In this document: one piece after another, positions 17,873 through 27,021 of the stretch
How positions within the stretch are numbered: the first letter of the stretch is position 1
How the letters are laid out: each line of letters begins with the position of its first letter
Origin: Candidatus Hadarchaeum sp.
GTDB lineage: Archaea; Hadarchaeota; Hadarchaeia; Hadarchaeales; Hadarchaeaceae
NCBI RefSeq assembly: GCF_049969415.1
Contig: NZ_JBMFOX010000001.1
Span: 32,001 to 96,000 of the forward strand
DNA: 64,000 nt
Direction of reading: 5' to 3'
Notes under the pieces: generated by a model
The model's database searches: none
Told to the model about the DNA's origin: nothing
What the model saw: only the letters and a program-made list of their open reading frames with translations
Translations under genes and position numbers: made by a program

Positions 17873-20179
17873 ATGGAAAGAGCGGAAATTCAGGTCAGCG
17901 GCATCGTGCAGGGTGTGGGCTTCAGGCCGTTCGTATACCGGCTGGCAACCAAACACCAACTTGTGGGATTTGTCCGCAATATGGGTGACGCCGGAGTCCA
18001 GATAGTGGTCGAGGGGAGAAGGGAAAAAATCATGGAATTCATCCAAGCGCTCCGGTCGGAAAAACCACCGCGCTCGAGCATCGAATCCATAGCCGTTTTC
18101 TGGCAACCGCCCTCCCGAGAATTCAAGGACTTTCAGGTCCACTCCAGCGACAGGAAGCAGCTGGGCCTTCCCTCGGTGATCCCACCCGACCTCGCCCTTT
18201 GCGATGAGTGCCTCGGCGAGATGCTCGACAAAAATGACCGAAGGTACCACTACCCGTTCATAACCTGCGTCAACTGCGGTCCTAGATTCACCATCATCGA
18301 AGAGCTCCCCTACGACCGCGTCAGAACCTCCATGAAACATTTCCCGCTCTGTTCTGACTGCCTCTGCGAGTACCTAGATCCGGCTGACAGAAGATATCAC
18401 GCCGAGCCCACGGCCTGCCCCGTCTGCGGACCCCGCATGGAGCTGTACCATTCCAGCGGCGAGATCGTCAGAACGGGGGACCCGGTCACTGAGGCAGCAC
18501 GACTGCTTGATGAAGGATGCTTGGTCGCCGTGAAGGGAATCGGAGGCATCCACATCGCTGCGAGGACCACCGACGACGGGGTGCTGGAGAGGTTGAGGAA
18601 GGAGTTCGATCACCCCCAGCAGCCCTTTGCGGTGATGTCCAAGGACCTAGATACTGTGAGAACCTTCGCTGAGGTATCACTGGAAGAAGCGGAGCTGCTC
18701 ACCTCCTACCGTAGACCAATCGTCATTCTGAAAAAATCACCGAATTATCATCTCTCCGAGCTGGTGGCCCCGGGACTTGACACCATCGGGGTGATGCTCC
18801 CCTACTCCGGAATCCATCATCTCCTCCTGCACGCAGGAAGGGAGCCGGCTTATGTGATGACCAGCGCCAACGTGACCGGGCTTCCCATGATCGTGGACAA
18901 CAACGAGGCCTTGGCGAGGCTGAAAAACGTCGTCGATTACCTGCTGCTGCACAACCGCATCATCGTCAACAGGTGCGACGACTCGGTGGTCAAGATGATC
19001 GAGGGCAAGCCCGCCTTCCTGAGGCGCTCCCGCGGCTTTGTCCCCGAGCCGATTCAGCTCGCCTTCAACAGTGACCGCAGCGTGCTGGCTCTGGGCGGGG
19101 ACCTCAACGTCACCGCGTCGATTTTAACCGGCAATCGCTGCTTTCTCAGCCAGCACATAGGGGATACCTCCAAGCTCGAAACTCTGGAGTATCTGCAGGA
19201 GGCGATTGCCAGGCTGAGGCACCTGCTGAACCTGCAAAAAGTTGATTTCGTGGCTCATGACCTGCACCCAGAATATTCCACTTCCCGGATTGCTCCCCAA
19301 ATGGCGGAGAAGTTCCAAGCCCGGACCGTTGCCGTCCAGCACCACCACGCCCACCTGTGCGCCCTCATGGCCGAACATGGGCTCGACGAACTAGTGGGAG
19401 TGGCCGCAGATGGTGTCGGCTACGGGCCCGACGGGACGGCCTGGGGCGGGGAGATCATGGTGGCCAGATTGGACTCTTATGAACATCGCGGCGGTCTGGT
19501 GAAACAGCCGATGCCGGGCGGAGATCTGGCCGCAATTTATCCGGCCAGGATGGTTGCTGGAATTCTCTGGGGACACCTTGAAACCGCCGAACTCGATCGC
19601 GTCCTTCGCGAGTACTGCCCGAACGGTTTTAAATACGGGGAAAGTGAGCGGAAAATCGTCCTCCAACAGCTGGAAAGAAAATTAAATGTGTTCCCGAGCA
19701 GCAGCTGCGGCCGGGTTCTGGATGCCGTCTCCTGTCTCCTAGGAATCTGCTTCCAGCGGACCTACGAGGGCGAGCCTGCCATAAAGCTGGAGGCAGCTGC
19801 TGAAGGCGGGGAGGCCGATAAAGTCAACATTGAACCGGCTGTGGAAAACCTCGGCGGTAAGCTGATGCTAAACACCTCGAAGTTGCTCCTAGATGTCTTG
19901 GCCGCCAGAAAAAGGAATGTTCCGCGCAAGCACATTGCCGCCGCAGCCCAGCTGGCAATTGCCCGCGGACTAAGCCAGATGGCCATTGAAGTGGCCAAAT
20001 CGGAGGGAATCGAGGTAATCGGCGCGTCCGGCGGCGTCTTCTGTAACTGGGCCATCACCGTTGCCGTGAGAAAGGAGGTGGAAGAGTCCGGACTAAAGTT
20101 CGTTCGGCACGAGCTGCTGCCTCCCGGGGATGGTTGCCTCTCGGTGGGACAAGCGGTGGTCGCTTCGCGGATGACCTGA
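17873..20179 (+). CDS. hypF: Hydrogenase maturation carbamoyltransferase HypF
   Basis: GIVQGVGFRPFVY acylphosphatase domain, Zn-finger CxxC pairs, KGIGGIH, QHHHAH, PPGDGCLSVGQ. Confidence 0.97.
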   Translation: MERAEIQVSGIVQGVGFRPFVYRLATKHQLVGFVRNMGDAGVQIVVEGRREKIMEFIQALRSEKPPRSSIESIAVFWQPPSREFKDFQVHSSDRKQLGLPSVIPPDLALCDECLGEMLDKNDRRYHYPFITCVNCGPRFTIIEELPYDRVRTSMKHFPLCSDCLCEYLDPADRRYHAEPTACPVCGPRMELYHSSGEIVRTGDPVTEAARLLDEGCLVAVKGIGGIHIAARTTDDGVLERLRKEFDHPQQPFAVMSKDLDTVRTFAEVSLEEAELLTSYRRPIVILKKSPNYHLSELVAPGLDTIGVMLPYSGIHHLLLHAGREPAYVMTSANVTGLPMIVDNNEALARLKNVVDYLLLHNRIIVNRCDDSVVKMIEGKPAFLRRSRGFVPEPIQLAFNSDRSVLALGGDLNVTASILTGNRCFLSQHIGDTSKLETLEYLQEAIARLRHLLNLQKVDFVAHDLHPEYSTSRIAPQMAEKFQARTVAVQHHHAHLCALMAEHGLDELVGVAADGVGYGPDGTAWGGEIMVARLDSYEHRGGLVKQPMPGGDLAAIYPARMVAGILWGHLETAELDRVLREYCPNGFKYGESERKIVLQQLERKLNVFPSSSCGRVLDAVSCLLGICFQRTYEGEPAIKLEAAAEGGEADKVNIEPAVENLGGKLMLNTSKLLLDVLAARKRNVPRKHIAAAAQLAIARGLSQMAIEVAKSEGIEVIGASGGVFCNWAITVAVRKEVEESGLKFVRHELLPPGDGCLSVGQAVVASRMT

Positions 20180-21056
20180 GTTGCCCTGCCAGACATTCGG
20201 GGGCTGCCTTCATTTTTTCCTCGCCCAACAGCTGCTCGGCCTCTGAAATCAGCACCATCAACCGCGTTTTGCTCAGCCCAATTCTGGTCAACTGGTTTGG
20301 GTCCGTGGTGAGCAACTGTCTGACCAGAACCACGCCGGCGGAACTCAGTCTTTCCAGCGTCCCTTTATCAACCGATCTCAGCACGGTTACCGGGTACAGC
20401 CCCCTCCTCTCAATCATCTTCTCTAGTCCACAGCCCCGGGGGTACCTCCAGCAGATTAATTTTACTCCACGGCATTCGGCATACCTCGTGGCATCACCAG
20501 AGGCTTTGGTATTGGAAACCAGCCAAACCTCATCAAACCTTTCTCCCCCACCCTGCTCAGCGGCCTCGTTCAAATCCAAAAACCGCGCGTAGGTGTACAT
20601 GACGTCCTTGAGTCCCACCGCGGTCCCGGGCAGGTTGTGAAACTTGCACTCGACCATGGCCCGAATAAAATCACCGTCGGTCTTCTCCGCGATCACATCA
20701 ACCTCATGCCGCACGCATCTTCCCTTCACGATGCTCCTTAACCTCGTCTGGTATCCGTAGTACCTAAGCAGCTCGGCGATGTAGTTTTCAAAGGTGAAAC
20801 CTGCCGGGCCAAGGCGCATTATCGCTTCTTTTAAGCCATAGCGCATCGCCACTGGCGGTTGCTGCTCGGAAATCATGGACTTGACGAGTTTCAGAATCTC
20901 CTTGGTGGTTATTCCGTCGTAGACCCTGCACTCAATTTTCTTAACAATCGCCCCGGCCACCTCCCGGCTGGCGCCTGCTCGGCGCAGGGTCCGCAGTATC
21001 TTATCCGGGCGGAAATCCTCGACCTGACCATTAGATTTAACGACCCGGATTACCAA
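20055..21056 (-). CDS. ATP-cone plus PD-(D/E)xK restriction-endonuclease-fold protein
   Basis: VVKSNGQVEDF..DKI ATP cone; LGPAGFTFE, HEVDVIA, MVECKFHN nuclease motif; TTG start after GGAGGGG. Confidence 0.85.
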   Translation of the reverse strand: MVIRVVKSNGQVEDFRPDKILRTLRRAGASREVAGAIVKKIECRVYDGITTKEILKLVKSMISEQQPPVAMRYGLKEAIMRLGPAGFTFENYIAELLRYYGYQTRLRSIVKGRCVRHEVDVIAEKTDGDFIRAMVECKFHNLPGTAVGLKDVMYTYARFLDLNEAAEQGGGERFDEVWLVSNTKASGDATRYAECRGVKLICWRYPRGCGLEKMIERRGLYPVTVLRSVDKGTLERLSSAGVVLVRQLLTTDPNQLTRIGLSKTRLMVLISEAEQLLGEEKMKAAPECLAGQLRSSAKRPPLVPPRGNHPREAAARAERTLVRTLPPPFSRQR

Positions 21057-21111
21057 TAGCGCCCCCTCCATTACTGAGACTCCAAAAGAATTTAAAGTGG
21101 TCATGCCGCCA

Positions 21112-21717
21112 CTAGGACAAAAACCCGATCAAAACCAAGATGGTGTTGTAGGAATTATGGGCCAAAACCGCGCCACCGAGCCCAAAGTACAAATAAGCTA
21201 CGGAAAGCAGCAGGCTGGCCGGCAACATGGAAATGACGATTGCAGGATAGGTGCCGGGATTGGAAAGGTGAAAAGCCGAAAACAAAATGGCCGAGGTCAA
21301 GACCGCGAGAACTTTAGACCCGCGCCACCGAATCATCTCATCGATCAACACGCCGCGAAAGATCCATTCCTCGAATACGGGCAGCACATTGACCAACAAT
21401 AAAGTCAACCAAGGATAGTCCTGCTCCAGCGACACAAAGGGATATTCCTCAGGAGAAACCGTCTCTATCCCTAAGTAAAACAGAACGGAACCAATCGCCA
21501 TCGATAAGACCAGCGAGAGAAAAGCGACCGAAAGCGCTCCGGTAATTAGGACCAGCCACTGCTTGGCCTTCATCCTTTTGACTAGGCGGAACCACTGCTT
21601 GGGACGCAGCCTCTCCAAGTGGTAGGGCCGCTTCACTATTATCCGGCCCATGAAGACGCCGAGAGCCACCCCGGCAACGAGAATCCTGACCAAATCCAGC
21701 CAGTACAAAAAAATCAC
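21112..21717 (-). CDS. CPBP/Abi (CAAX) family intramembrane metalloprotease
   Basis: FEEWIFRG, FSAFH, AHNSYN motifs with TM helices. Confidence 0.9.
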   Translation of the reverse strand: MIFLYWLDLVRILVAGVALGVFMGRIIVKRPYHLERLRPKQWFRLVKRMKAKQWLVLITGALSVAFLSLVLSMAIGSVLFYLGIETVSPEEYPFVSLEQDYPWLTLLLVNVLPVFEEWIFRGVLIDEMIRWRGSKVLAVLTSAILFSAFHLSNPGTYPAIVISMLPASLLLSVAYLYFGLGGAVLAHNSYNTILVLIGFLS

Positions 21718-21732
21718 GCGGATAGCCGTGAC

Positions 21733-21939
21733 TCAGCGATGCTCGGGAAACGACCCCAGCTTTATCGTCCACACAGGAGTGTTCCCGCGCAGCCTCCGCT
21801 CCACCTTCCCCTCCTCAGAGAGGTGGTAAAGATCGACGCGCAGCCTCACGATGTCGATGCCCGTCATTCGGGACAGCTCCTCAGTGGTAACCGGCGTTCC
21901 CGCTTCCTTCAGCGCCCTCAGGATCAACTCCTTTTTCAC
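21733..21939 (-). CDS. Small winged-helix DNA-binding protein
   Basis: ILRALKEAG.PVTTEELSRMTG....LR..LY.L.EEGKVER wHTH pattern. Confidence 0.7.
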   Translation of the reverse strand: MKKELILRALKEAGTPVTTEELSRMTGIDIVRLRVDLYHLSEEGKVERRLRGNTPVWTIKLGSFPEHR

Positions 21940-21943
21940 CCCA

Positions 21944-22264
21944 TCACCCCTCCTTAAGCCTCTCCAGCGCCTCCAGGGCTGATTTTATTCTATCCAGCAG
22001 TTCTAAAGTCTTAGCGTGATCCGTCTCCTTGGCAAGCTGTTCAGCGAGGGCATCTATCTTTGCCTGCAGCGTCGCCCGGACCTTATCGAGCGCCTGGTCC
22101 TTGGTCTCAGCTACAGATTTCTTCGCCCGGCCACCGCAAACGGGACAAACCACCCTTCCCTGGTACTCAAACAGGGGACTCATGCAGCTGCCGCAGTGGA
22201 CCGCCAACATCTTGCCTCCGGCCATCAGCATCTCCACGACCTTGGGTATGTCCTCCTCCTTCAT
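21944..22264 (-). CDS. UPF0148 / autoantigen p27 Zn-ribbon protein
   Basis: GGKMLAVHCGSCMSPLF...VVCPVC. Confidence 0.88.
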   Translation of the reverse strand: MKEEDIPKVVEMLMAGGKMLAVHCGSCMSPLFEYQGRVVCPVCGGRAKKSVAETKDQALDKVRATLQAKIDALAEQLAKETDHAKTLELLDRIKSALEALERLKEG

Positions 22265-22328
22265 GCTCTACCCCAAAACCCTTTATTTGGGCCCGGGATT
22301 AAAATTAGATGATTGAGCATGTGGCGGG

Positions 22329-22595
22329 GTGATGTCCGTGTCCTCAGAGGAAAAACTGAAGCAGGTTGCAGAGATGATGTCGCGTGTGGCCGAGGACACT
22401 ACCGTTCCGCGGAACATCCGCAGGGCCGTTGGCGAGGCCAAGAATGCCCTTTTGAACAAAAGCAACGACGCCATGGTCAGGGCTTCAACTGCCATCTCGA
22501 TCCTTGATGAGATAAGCAATGATCCCAACATGCCCGTTCACACCCGCACCCTGATCTGGAACGCCATCAGCATTCTAGAGACCATTCGCGAGTGA
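22329..22595 (+). CDS. UPF0147 family protein
   Basis: DTTVPRNIRRA...AISILDEISNDPNMPVHTRT signature. Confidence 0.93.
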   Translation: MMSVSSEEKLKQVAEMMSRVAEDTTVPRNIRRAVGEAKNALLNKSNDAMVRASTAISILDEISNDPNMPVHTRTLIWNAISILETIRE

Positions 22596-22667
22596 GGATG
22601 AAATTTGACAGCCCTTATCTGCACCTGCGAAAGAAGATAGGGCAAATGCCGCCTGAGGTGTTTAGTT

Positions 22668-23015
22668 ATGACCATCGACATCAAGCCGCTGGTAAAACTA
22701 ATGAAAAAGAGGGACCTCAAAGGCGCCAGAGACTGGCTCGAGGCAAACCGAGGCAAAATCGATCCCAATGATGAGTTCGCTAGGGGCTACCTGCTGGCGC
22801 TGCAAGGAATGGTCTCCGCGCTGGAATCCGGTGGCGAGCTCGCCGCCATCAACAAGGTGCTGGAGAAGAAATATTCTGGCGAGCAAATAGCCGAAATCAT
22901 AAGCGAGACGAGGAGTAGGATCGCGCAAAAGTTCCGGCCGGCTGACGAACGGGGTTTCAACACCGCCTGGGTAGATATCCTCAGCGAACTTTCGGTTAAA
23001 AACCCTGAGGACTAA
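22668..23015 (+). CDS. Hypothetical helical protein
   Basis: 115-aa ORF filling the intergenic gap with host-like codon usage. Confidence 0.65.
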   Translation: MTIDIKPLVKLMKKRDLKGARDWLEANRGKIDPNDEFARGYLLALQGMVSALESGGELAAINKVLEKKYSGEQIAEIISETRSRIAQKFRPADERGFNTAWVDILSELSVKNPED

Positions 23016-23020
23016 GTCCG

Positions 23021-23635
23021 CTAATCCTCCGTGGATTTCTTAGCCGGAGGACGGACGAATATCCGGTATTTGTCGACGCCCTGCAGCTCCATCACGATCC
23101 TCTTGGCGATCAGCGATTTCACGTTCACCAGACCTTTAACCCGGTTCTCTATATCGGCAAAGTCGACGAAGGGGCTCTTCTTCCTCTCTTCGATTATCGC
23201 CCACATCAGCTTCTTACCTATCCCAGGAATCAGCTCCAGCTGGTGGAAGCGGGTTGTCAGCGGCCCCGCCCTGTTGAAGAACTCGACAAAACGCTCGGGG
23301 TTTTCCTCGAGTAGGCTTTCCACCGCCGGCTGGAGCTCGGCCTTGGCTGCGGCGGTTAAGTCCTCATAGCCGATCCGGCGTTTTATCCTCTCGACCTTGT
23401 CCCGCTCACCCTTGCCAATGGAAACCCTTTCGTGCGGCACAAAGGTCACTCCCTTGAAGGGCACCACCTCCAGCAGCGTGAAGAAGGTGTCGCCGAGTAT
23501 CTGGGCTATGGGCTCCCTCAGGTGAATGGGCCTGGGATCGTTAGGGTGGCCCTGAGGGAGAAAATCCAATACTATTCCCCGGTCCTCGTACTTTTTCTCC
23601 AAAAAACACGCCTCCGAGCCCGTTTCTTTAACCAC
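23021..23635 (-). CDS. DUF655 putative RNA-binding protein
   Basis: VLDFLP.G, FTLLEV, FFNRAGPLTTRFHQLELIPGIGKK HhH; canonical position after rpoF. Confidence 0.93.
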   Translation of the reverse strand: MVKETGSEACFLEKKYEDRGIVLDFLPQGHPNDPRPIHLREPIAQILGDTFFTLLEVVPFKGVTFVPHERVSIGKGERDKVERIKRRIGYEDLTAAAKAELQPAVESLLEENPERFVEFFNRAGPLTTRFHQLELIPGIGKKLMWAIIEERKKSPFVDFADIENRVKGLVNVKSLIAKRIVMELQGVDKYRIFVRPPAKKSTED

Positions 23636-23966
23636 TATACTTCTTAACTAGCTCGAGAACCTTGTTCGCTTCGTCGTCTTCGAGTTTAACCCTCTCCTTG
23701 GAAAAAATCAGCTCCAAATCCTCCTTGGTCTCCGGCATCAGGTCAACGATCGCCACGGCCAAGTGCTCCTTGATTTTATCCATCTTCAGAAGCTCCTCCT
23801 TAAGCTCTTGGGCCTCTTTCGGCTTGAGTTTGGCGAACTTTTGAGCATAATCATAGGTGAGCCTCTGCCAGTACTCCAGCTCTCCCTCCTTCTTGACCTT
23901 CTCCAGAATGCCAAGGACCTCAGGAAGGGACACCGGTTTCTCCTTCACCACACGTTTGCCGATCAT
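23628..23966 (-). CDS. rpoF: DNA-directed RNA polymerase subunit F (Rpo4)
   Basis: ELEYWQRLTYDYAQKF, IVDLMPET; between rpl21e and DUF655. Confidence 0.93.
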   Translation of the reverse strand: MIGKRVVKEKPVSLPEVLGILEKVKKEGELEYWQRLTYDYAQKFAKLKPKEAQELKEELLKMDKIKEHLAVAIVDLMPETKEDLELIFSKERVKLEDDEANKVLELVKKYSG

Positions 23967-24265
23967 GCCTCCACCAACCTAAGGTGTTCGGGACGGGAAA
24001 TAATCTTTTTTATTGAGCCACCGTCGCGGACGTCCACAACATAGGCCCGGCCCCGCCTCTCGCTGATAACTCCAGTCCTGCCGTGGTAGCGCGGATGCGG
24101 CTGTCCCTTGACCACGCCGGGGTCCAAAATTATGGAAACCTTGCTGCCCACGGGAAGGTCCTGAACTGCACGGCTGACAGGAGATAGCCCCTTCTCACGG
24201 GGGTGTTTGGTCAGCTTCTTCCGACTCTTGCTTCTCAATCCCTTGGAACGCCCGGACATCTTCAA
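23963..24265 (-). CDS. rpl21e: 50S ribosomal protein L21e
   Basis: SKGLRSKSRKKL, KGQPHPRYHGRTG, RPEHL. Confidence 0.96.
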   Translation of the reverse strand: MKMSGRSKGLRSKSRKKLTKHPREKGLSPVSRAVQDLPVGSKVSIILDPGVVKGQPHPRYHGRTGVISERRGRAYVVDVRDGGSIKKIISRPEHLRLVEA

Positions 24266-24315
24266 TCACATAAGACGATTTTTTCCTGTCTAATTAAGTT
24301 GATTGTCTCGCCCGT

Positions 24316-25695
24316 TTAAGAGCCTTTTCCAGGGCCCTTCTCACCCGGCCCGTAACCAGACCGGAACAGCTTCCCCAGCTGTCCCATCCTCGGACCCCGG
24401 CCCTTGGCAAAGGCCTTGAGGAATCGCTTCATCAGCTCATACTGCTTCAAAAGCTCACGGACCTCGGTCTCGGTGGTTCCCGAGCCCCGCGCCACCCTGC
24501 GGATGCGGGAGGCATTCAGGATCTTGGGGTCCTCAAGCTCCTGCGGGGTCATCGACTGCATGATGTACTTAAACTTCTTCAGCTTCTCCTCCCCCACCCT
24601 CATCTGCTCCTCGGGCAGGGAGACCCCTACTCCGGGAATCATCTGCATGATCTTTCTCAGCGGTCCCATCTTGCTCATCGCCTCCAGCTGTTCGTAGACG
24701 TCGCGGAGCGTTATCTTGCCCGCCATCATCGCCTTCACGTCCGCTGGCTTCAGCTTTTCCTCCTTGGTCACCTCCTCGATTTTCTGCAGCAGGGTTTCAA
24801 GATCACCCATCCCGAGCAACCTAGCCACGAATTTCTCCGGCACGAATGGTTCGAGGTCTTCTATGTGCTCCCCGACGCCGATGAACTTTATCGGTGCCCC
24901 GGTGGCCGCGACGGCAGAGAGGGCGCCGCCGCCCTTGGCCGTGCCGTCCAGCTTGGTTACCAAGATAGACCCGATGGGAGTGGCCTGCTTGAACGCCGAC
25001 GCCTGCTCCTTCGCCTGCTGTCCTATGGTGCCGTCGATGACCAGCATTATCTCATCTGGTTCCACGGCACGGGCAATCTCCTGCATCTCCTGCATCAGCG
25101 CCTCCTCGCGGCGATGTCTGCCCGCGGTGTCGACGATGATGAGCTCCGAGCGCTCCTTCTTGAAGCGCCTGACTCCCTCCTTAGCCAAGACTATCGGATC
25201 CGTTGACTCCGGATCTCCGAAGACCTCGACGCCTATCTGCTGGCCGAGCTGCCTCAGCTGCTCATAGGCCCCGGGGCGGTAGGTATCGGCACAGACTATC
25301 GCCGGCTTGTATCCGCGCTTCTTGAAGTAGGCAGCAAGCTTGGCAACGGATGTGGTCTTGCCGCTGCCCTGGAGGCCGACCATGAGGAGGACCTTCGACC
25401 TGCCCGCCTCAAGCTGGAGCGGCGCGGGTTTTCCCAAGAAGGCTGAGAGCTCCTCATAGACAATTTTGATAACGTGCTCCTTGCGGCTCATCCCTGGAGG
25501 CAGCTTTTCCTCAAGCGCCCTTTTCTCTATCCGCTTGGTGAGGTCCAACACCAATTCAACGTTGACGTCAGCTTGAAGCAATGCCCGCTGGATCTCTCTG
25601 ACCAGCTCCTTAACCGCCCGCTCATCCACATGCGCCGCGCGAGTTATCTTCTGCAGGGCGCCATGCAGTGCCTTTCCCAGCTGTTCCAGAACCAT
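24316..25695 (-). CDS. srp54: Signal recognition particle protein SRP54
   Basis: GLQGSGKTT, DTAGR, TKLDGTAKGGG, Met-rich M domain. Confidence 0.98.
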   Translation of the reverse strand: MVLEQLGKALHGALQKITRAAHVDERAVKELVREIQRALLQADVNVELVLDLTKRIEKRALEEKLPPGMSRKEHVIKIVYEELSAFLGKPAPLQLEAGRSKVLLMVGLQGSGKTTSVAKLAAYFKKRGYKPAIVCADTYRPGAYEQLRQLGQQIGVEVFGDPESTDPIVLAKEGVRRFKKERSELIIVDTAGRHRREEALMQEMQEIARAVEPDEIMLVIDGTIGQQAKEQASAFKQATPIGSILVTKLDGTAKGGGALSAVAATGAPIKFIGVGEHIEDLEPFVPEKFVARLLGMGDLETLLQKIEEVTKEEKLKPADVKAMMAGKITLRDVYEQLEAMSKMGPLRKIMQMIPGVGVSLPEEQMRVGEEKLKKFKYIMQSMTPQELEDPKILNASRIRRVARGSGTTETEVRELLKQYELMKRFLKAFAKGRGPRMGQLGKLFRSGYGPGEKGPGKGS

Positions 25696-25747
25696 CGGCT
25701 CACTTCTCTAAATTCTCTCATGAAAGATAAATAAACATAGCAACTAA

Positions 25748-26782
25748 ATGTTTCCCGGTGATGGCACGAAGGCGCTGATCCTCGCCGGCGGTTTTGCCAA
25801 AAGGCTGGGTACCATTGGAGAGCTGATGCCAAAGGCGATGATCATTGAGAAAGGGGACACCATCCTGAACCATTTGGTCAATAAAATCCGCGCCGTGAAT
25901 CTGGAACCGATTATCTCGACCAACAAAAAATTTGAGAAGTTTTTCTCCGGGTACCAGAACGTCATCGTCGAGGATGCCATGGCCGAGGAGCAAAAACTCG
26001 GGGCCGTCTCCGCAATCTGGAACGCGATTGAAAAGATGAAGATTGAGGAGGACCTCATGGTGGTCTGTGCTGACAACTACTTCTCCTCCAGCTTCGAGGG
26101 CTTCGTCTCTAGCTATACAGGAGAGCCACTCGTGGGCATTTACTACGTGGGGCGGAACCCGGAGATGAAGCCTGAAGAAATGGCCACGGTAAAATTCAAT
26201 GGCAGTGAAAATTACCCACCGCCTGCGTCCAGCTTTTTCTTCACCGATTTTAAGGAAAAGGTCACCCCGCCCCTCAGCAGTTACGTTAGCACGGGTGCCT
26301 ATATCTTTCCCAAGCGCGTCTTTCCCGTCCTCCGCGAGTTCTGCCGGAGCGCCAAACAGGACGCACCAGGATTCTTCATCCAGCACCTGATGCAACGAGG
26401 GGAGAGGGTCAGGGGCTATCTGTTCGGGGGCGAGTGGTATGATGTTTCCCACAAGAGCTACCTGCAGGCATTTCGCGAGGCGAGGGTGGTGAAAAACGAC
26501 GACCGCTACATCGTCTGCGACCGGCCGCTCGGAGGCAATCTGGTGCTCTCGATTACCATTCTCCACGCCGGCAAACAGACGACGGGCCACTCCCATCCCG
26601 TGGGTGAGGTTTACTTCTTCATCGAGGGTGAGGGGGAGCTAGAAACCAACGGAAACAGACGGCGGGTGAGAGAAAAAGATGTGGCGACCATTGCCCCGAA
26701 TGAGTTCCACCGTGTCTACAACACGCGGGACAAGGACCTCGTTTTCATCTCGGTTTTTGAGAAATACGGTGAAAGAGGATAA
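25748..26782 (+). CDS. Sugar-phosphate nucleotidyltransferase with C-terminal cupin domain
   Basis: LILAGGFAKRL...PK motif; C-terminal GHSH...EVYFFIEGEG...FHRVYN cupin. Confidence 0.85.
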   Translation: MFPGDGTKALILAGGFAKRLGTIGELMPKAMIIEKGDTILNHLVNKIRAVNLEPIISTNKKFEKFFSGYQNVIVEDAMAEEQKLGAVSAIWNAIEKMKIEEDLMVVCADNYFSSSFEGFVSSYTGEPLVGIYYVGRNPEMKPEEMATVKFNGSENYPPPASSFFFTDFKEKVTPPLSSYVSTGAYIFPKRVFPVLREFCRSAKQDAPGFFIQHLMQRGERVRGYLFGGEWYDVSHKSYLQAFREARVVKNDDRYIVCDRPLGGNLVLSITILHAGKQTTGHSHPVGEVYFFIEGEGELETNGNRRRVREKDVATIAPNEFHRVYNTRDKDLVFISVFEKYGERG

Positions 26783-27021
26783 AATTGTCTGTGGCAAAAA
26801 TATCTTTTGAAAAATGGTCTGAAAATCTCGAAGATCCGTAGGAAGGGCTTTGGCCCATCTGCCAGGTGATGGAATTAAAAAGGATTCCTTGGTCGAAAAG
26901 AAATTATTTCCTTAACCTAATGTGTGCAGAATCCGACTTAACTATTTTTAAATCGGAACAACCGGCCCCGCTCAAGTTCTCACAGATAGCTAAATAGCTC
27001 CAGCAATAGAGAGAATTTCAT

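Noticed and set aside
26783-27021. Possible ncRNA or riboswitch (CCATC..GATGG hairpin) in the intergenic gap
   Set aside because: Only a short stem; does not complete a fluoride riboswitch or tRNA pattern; needs an Rfam search
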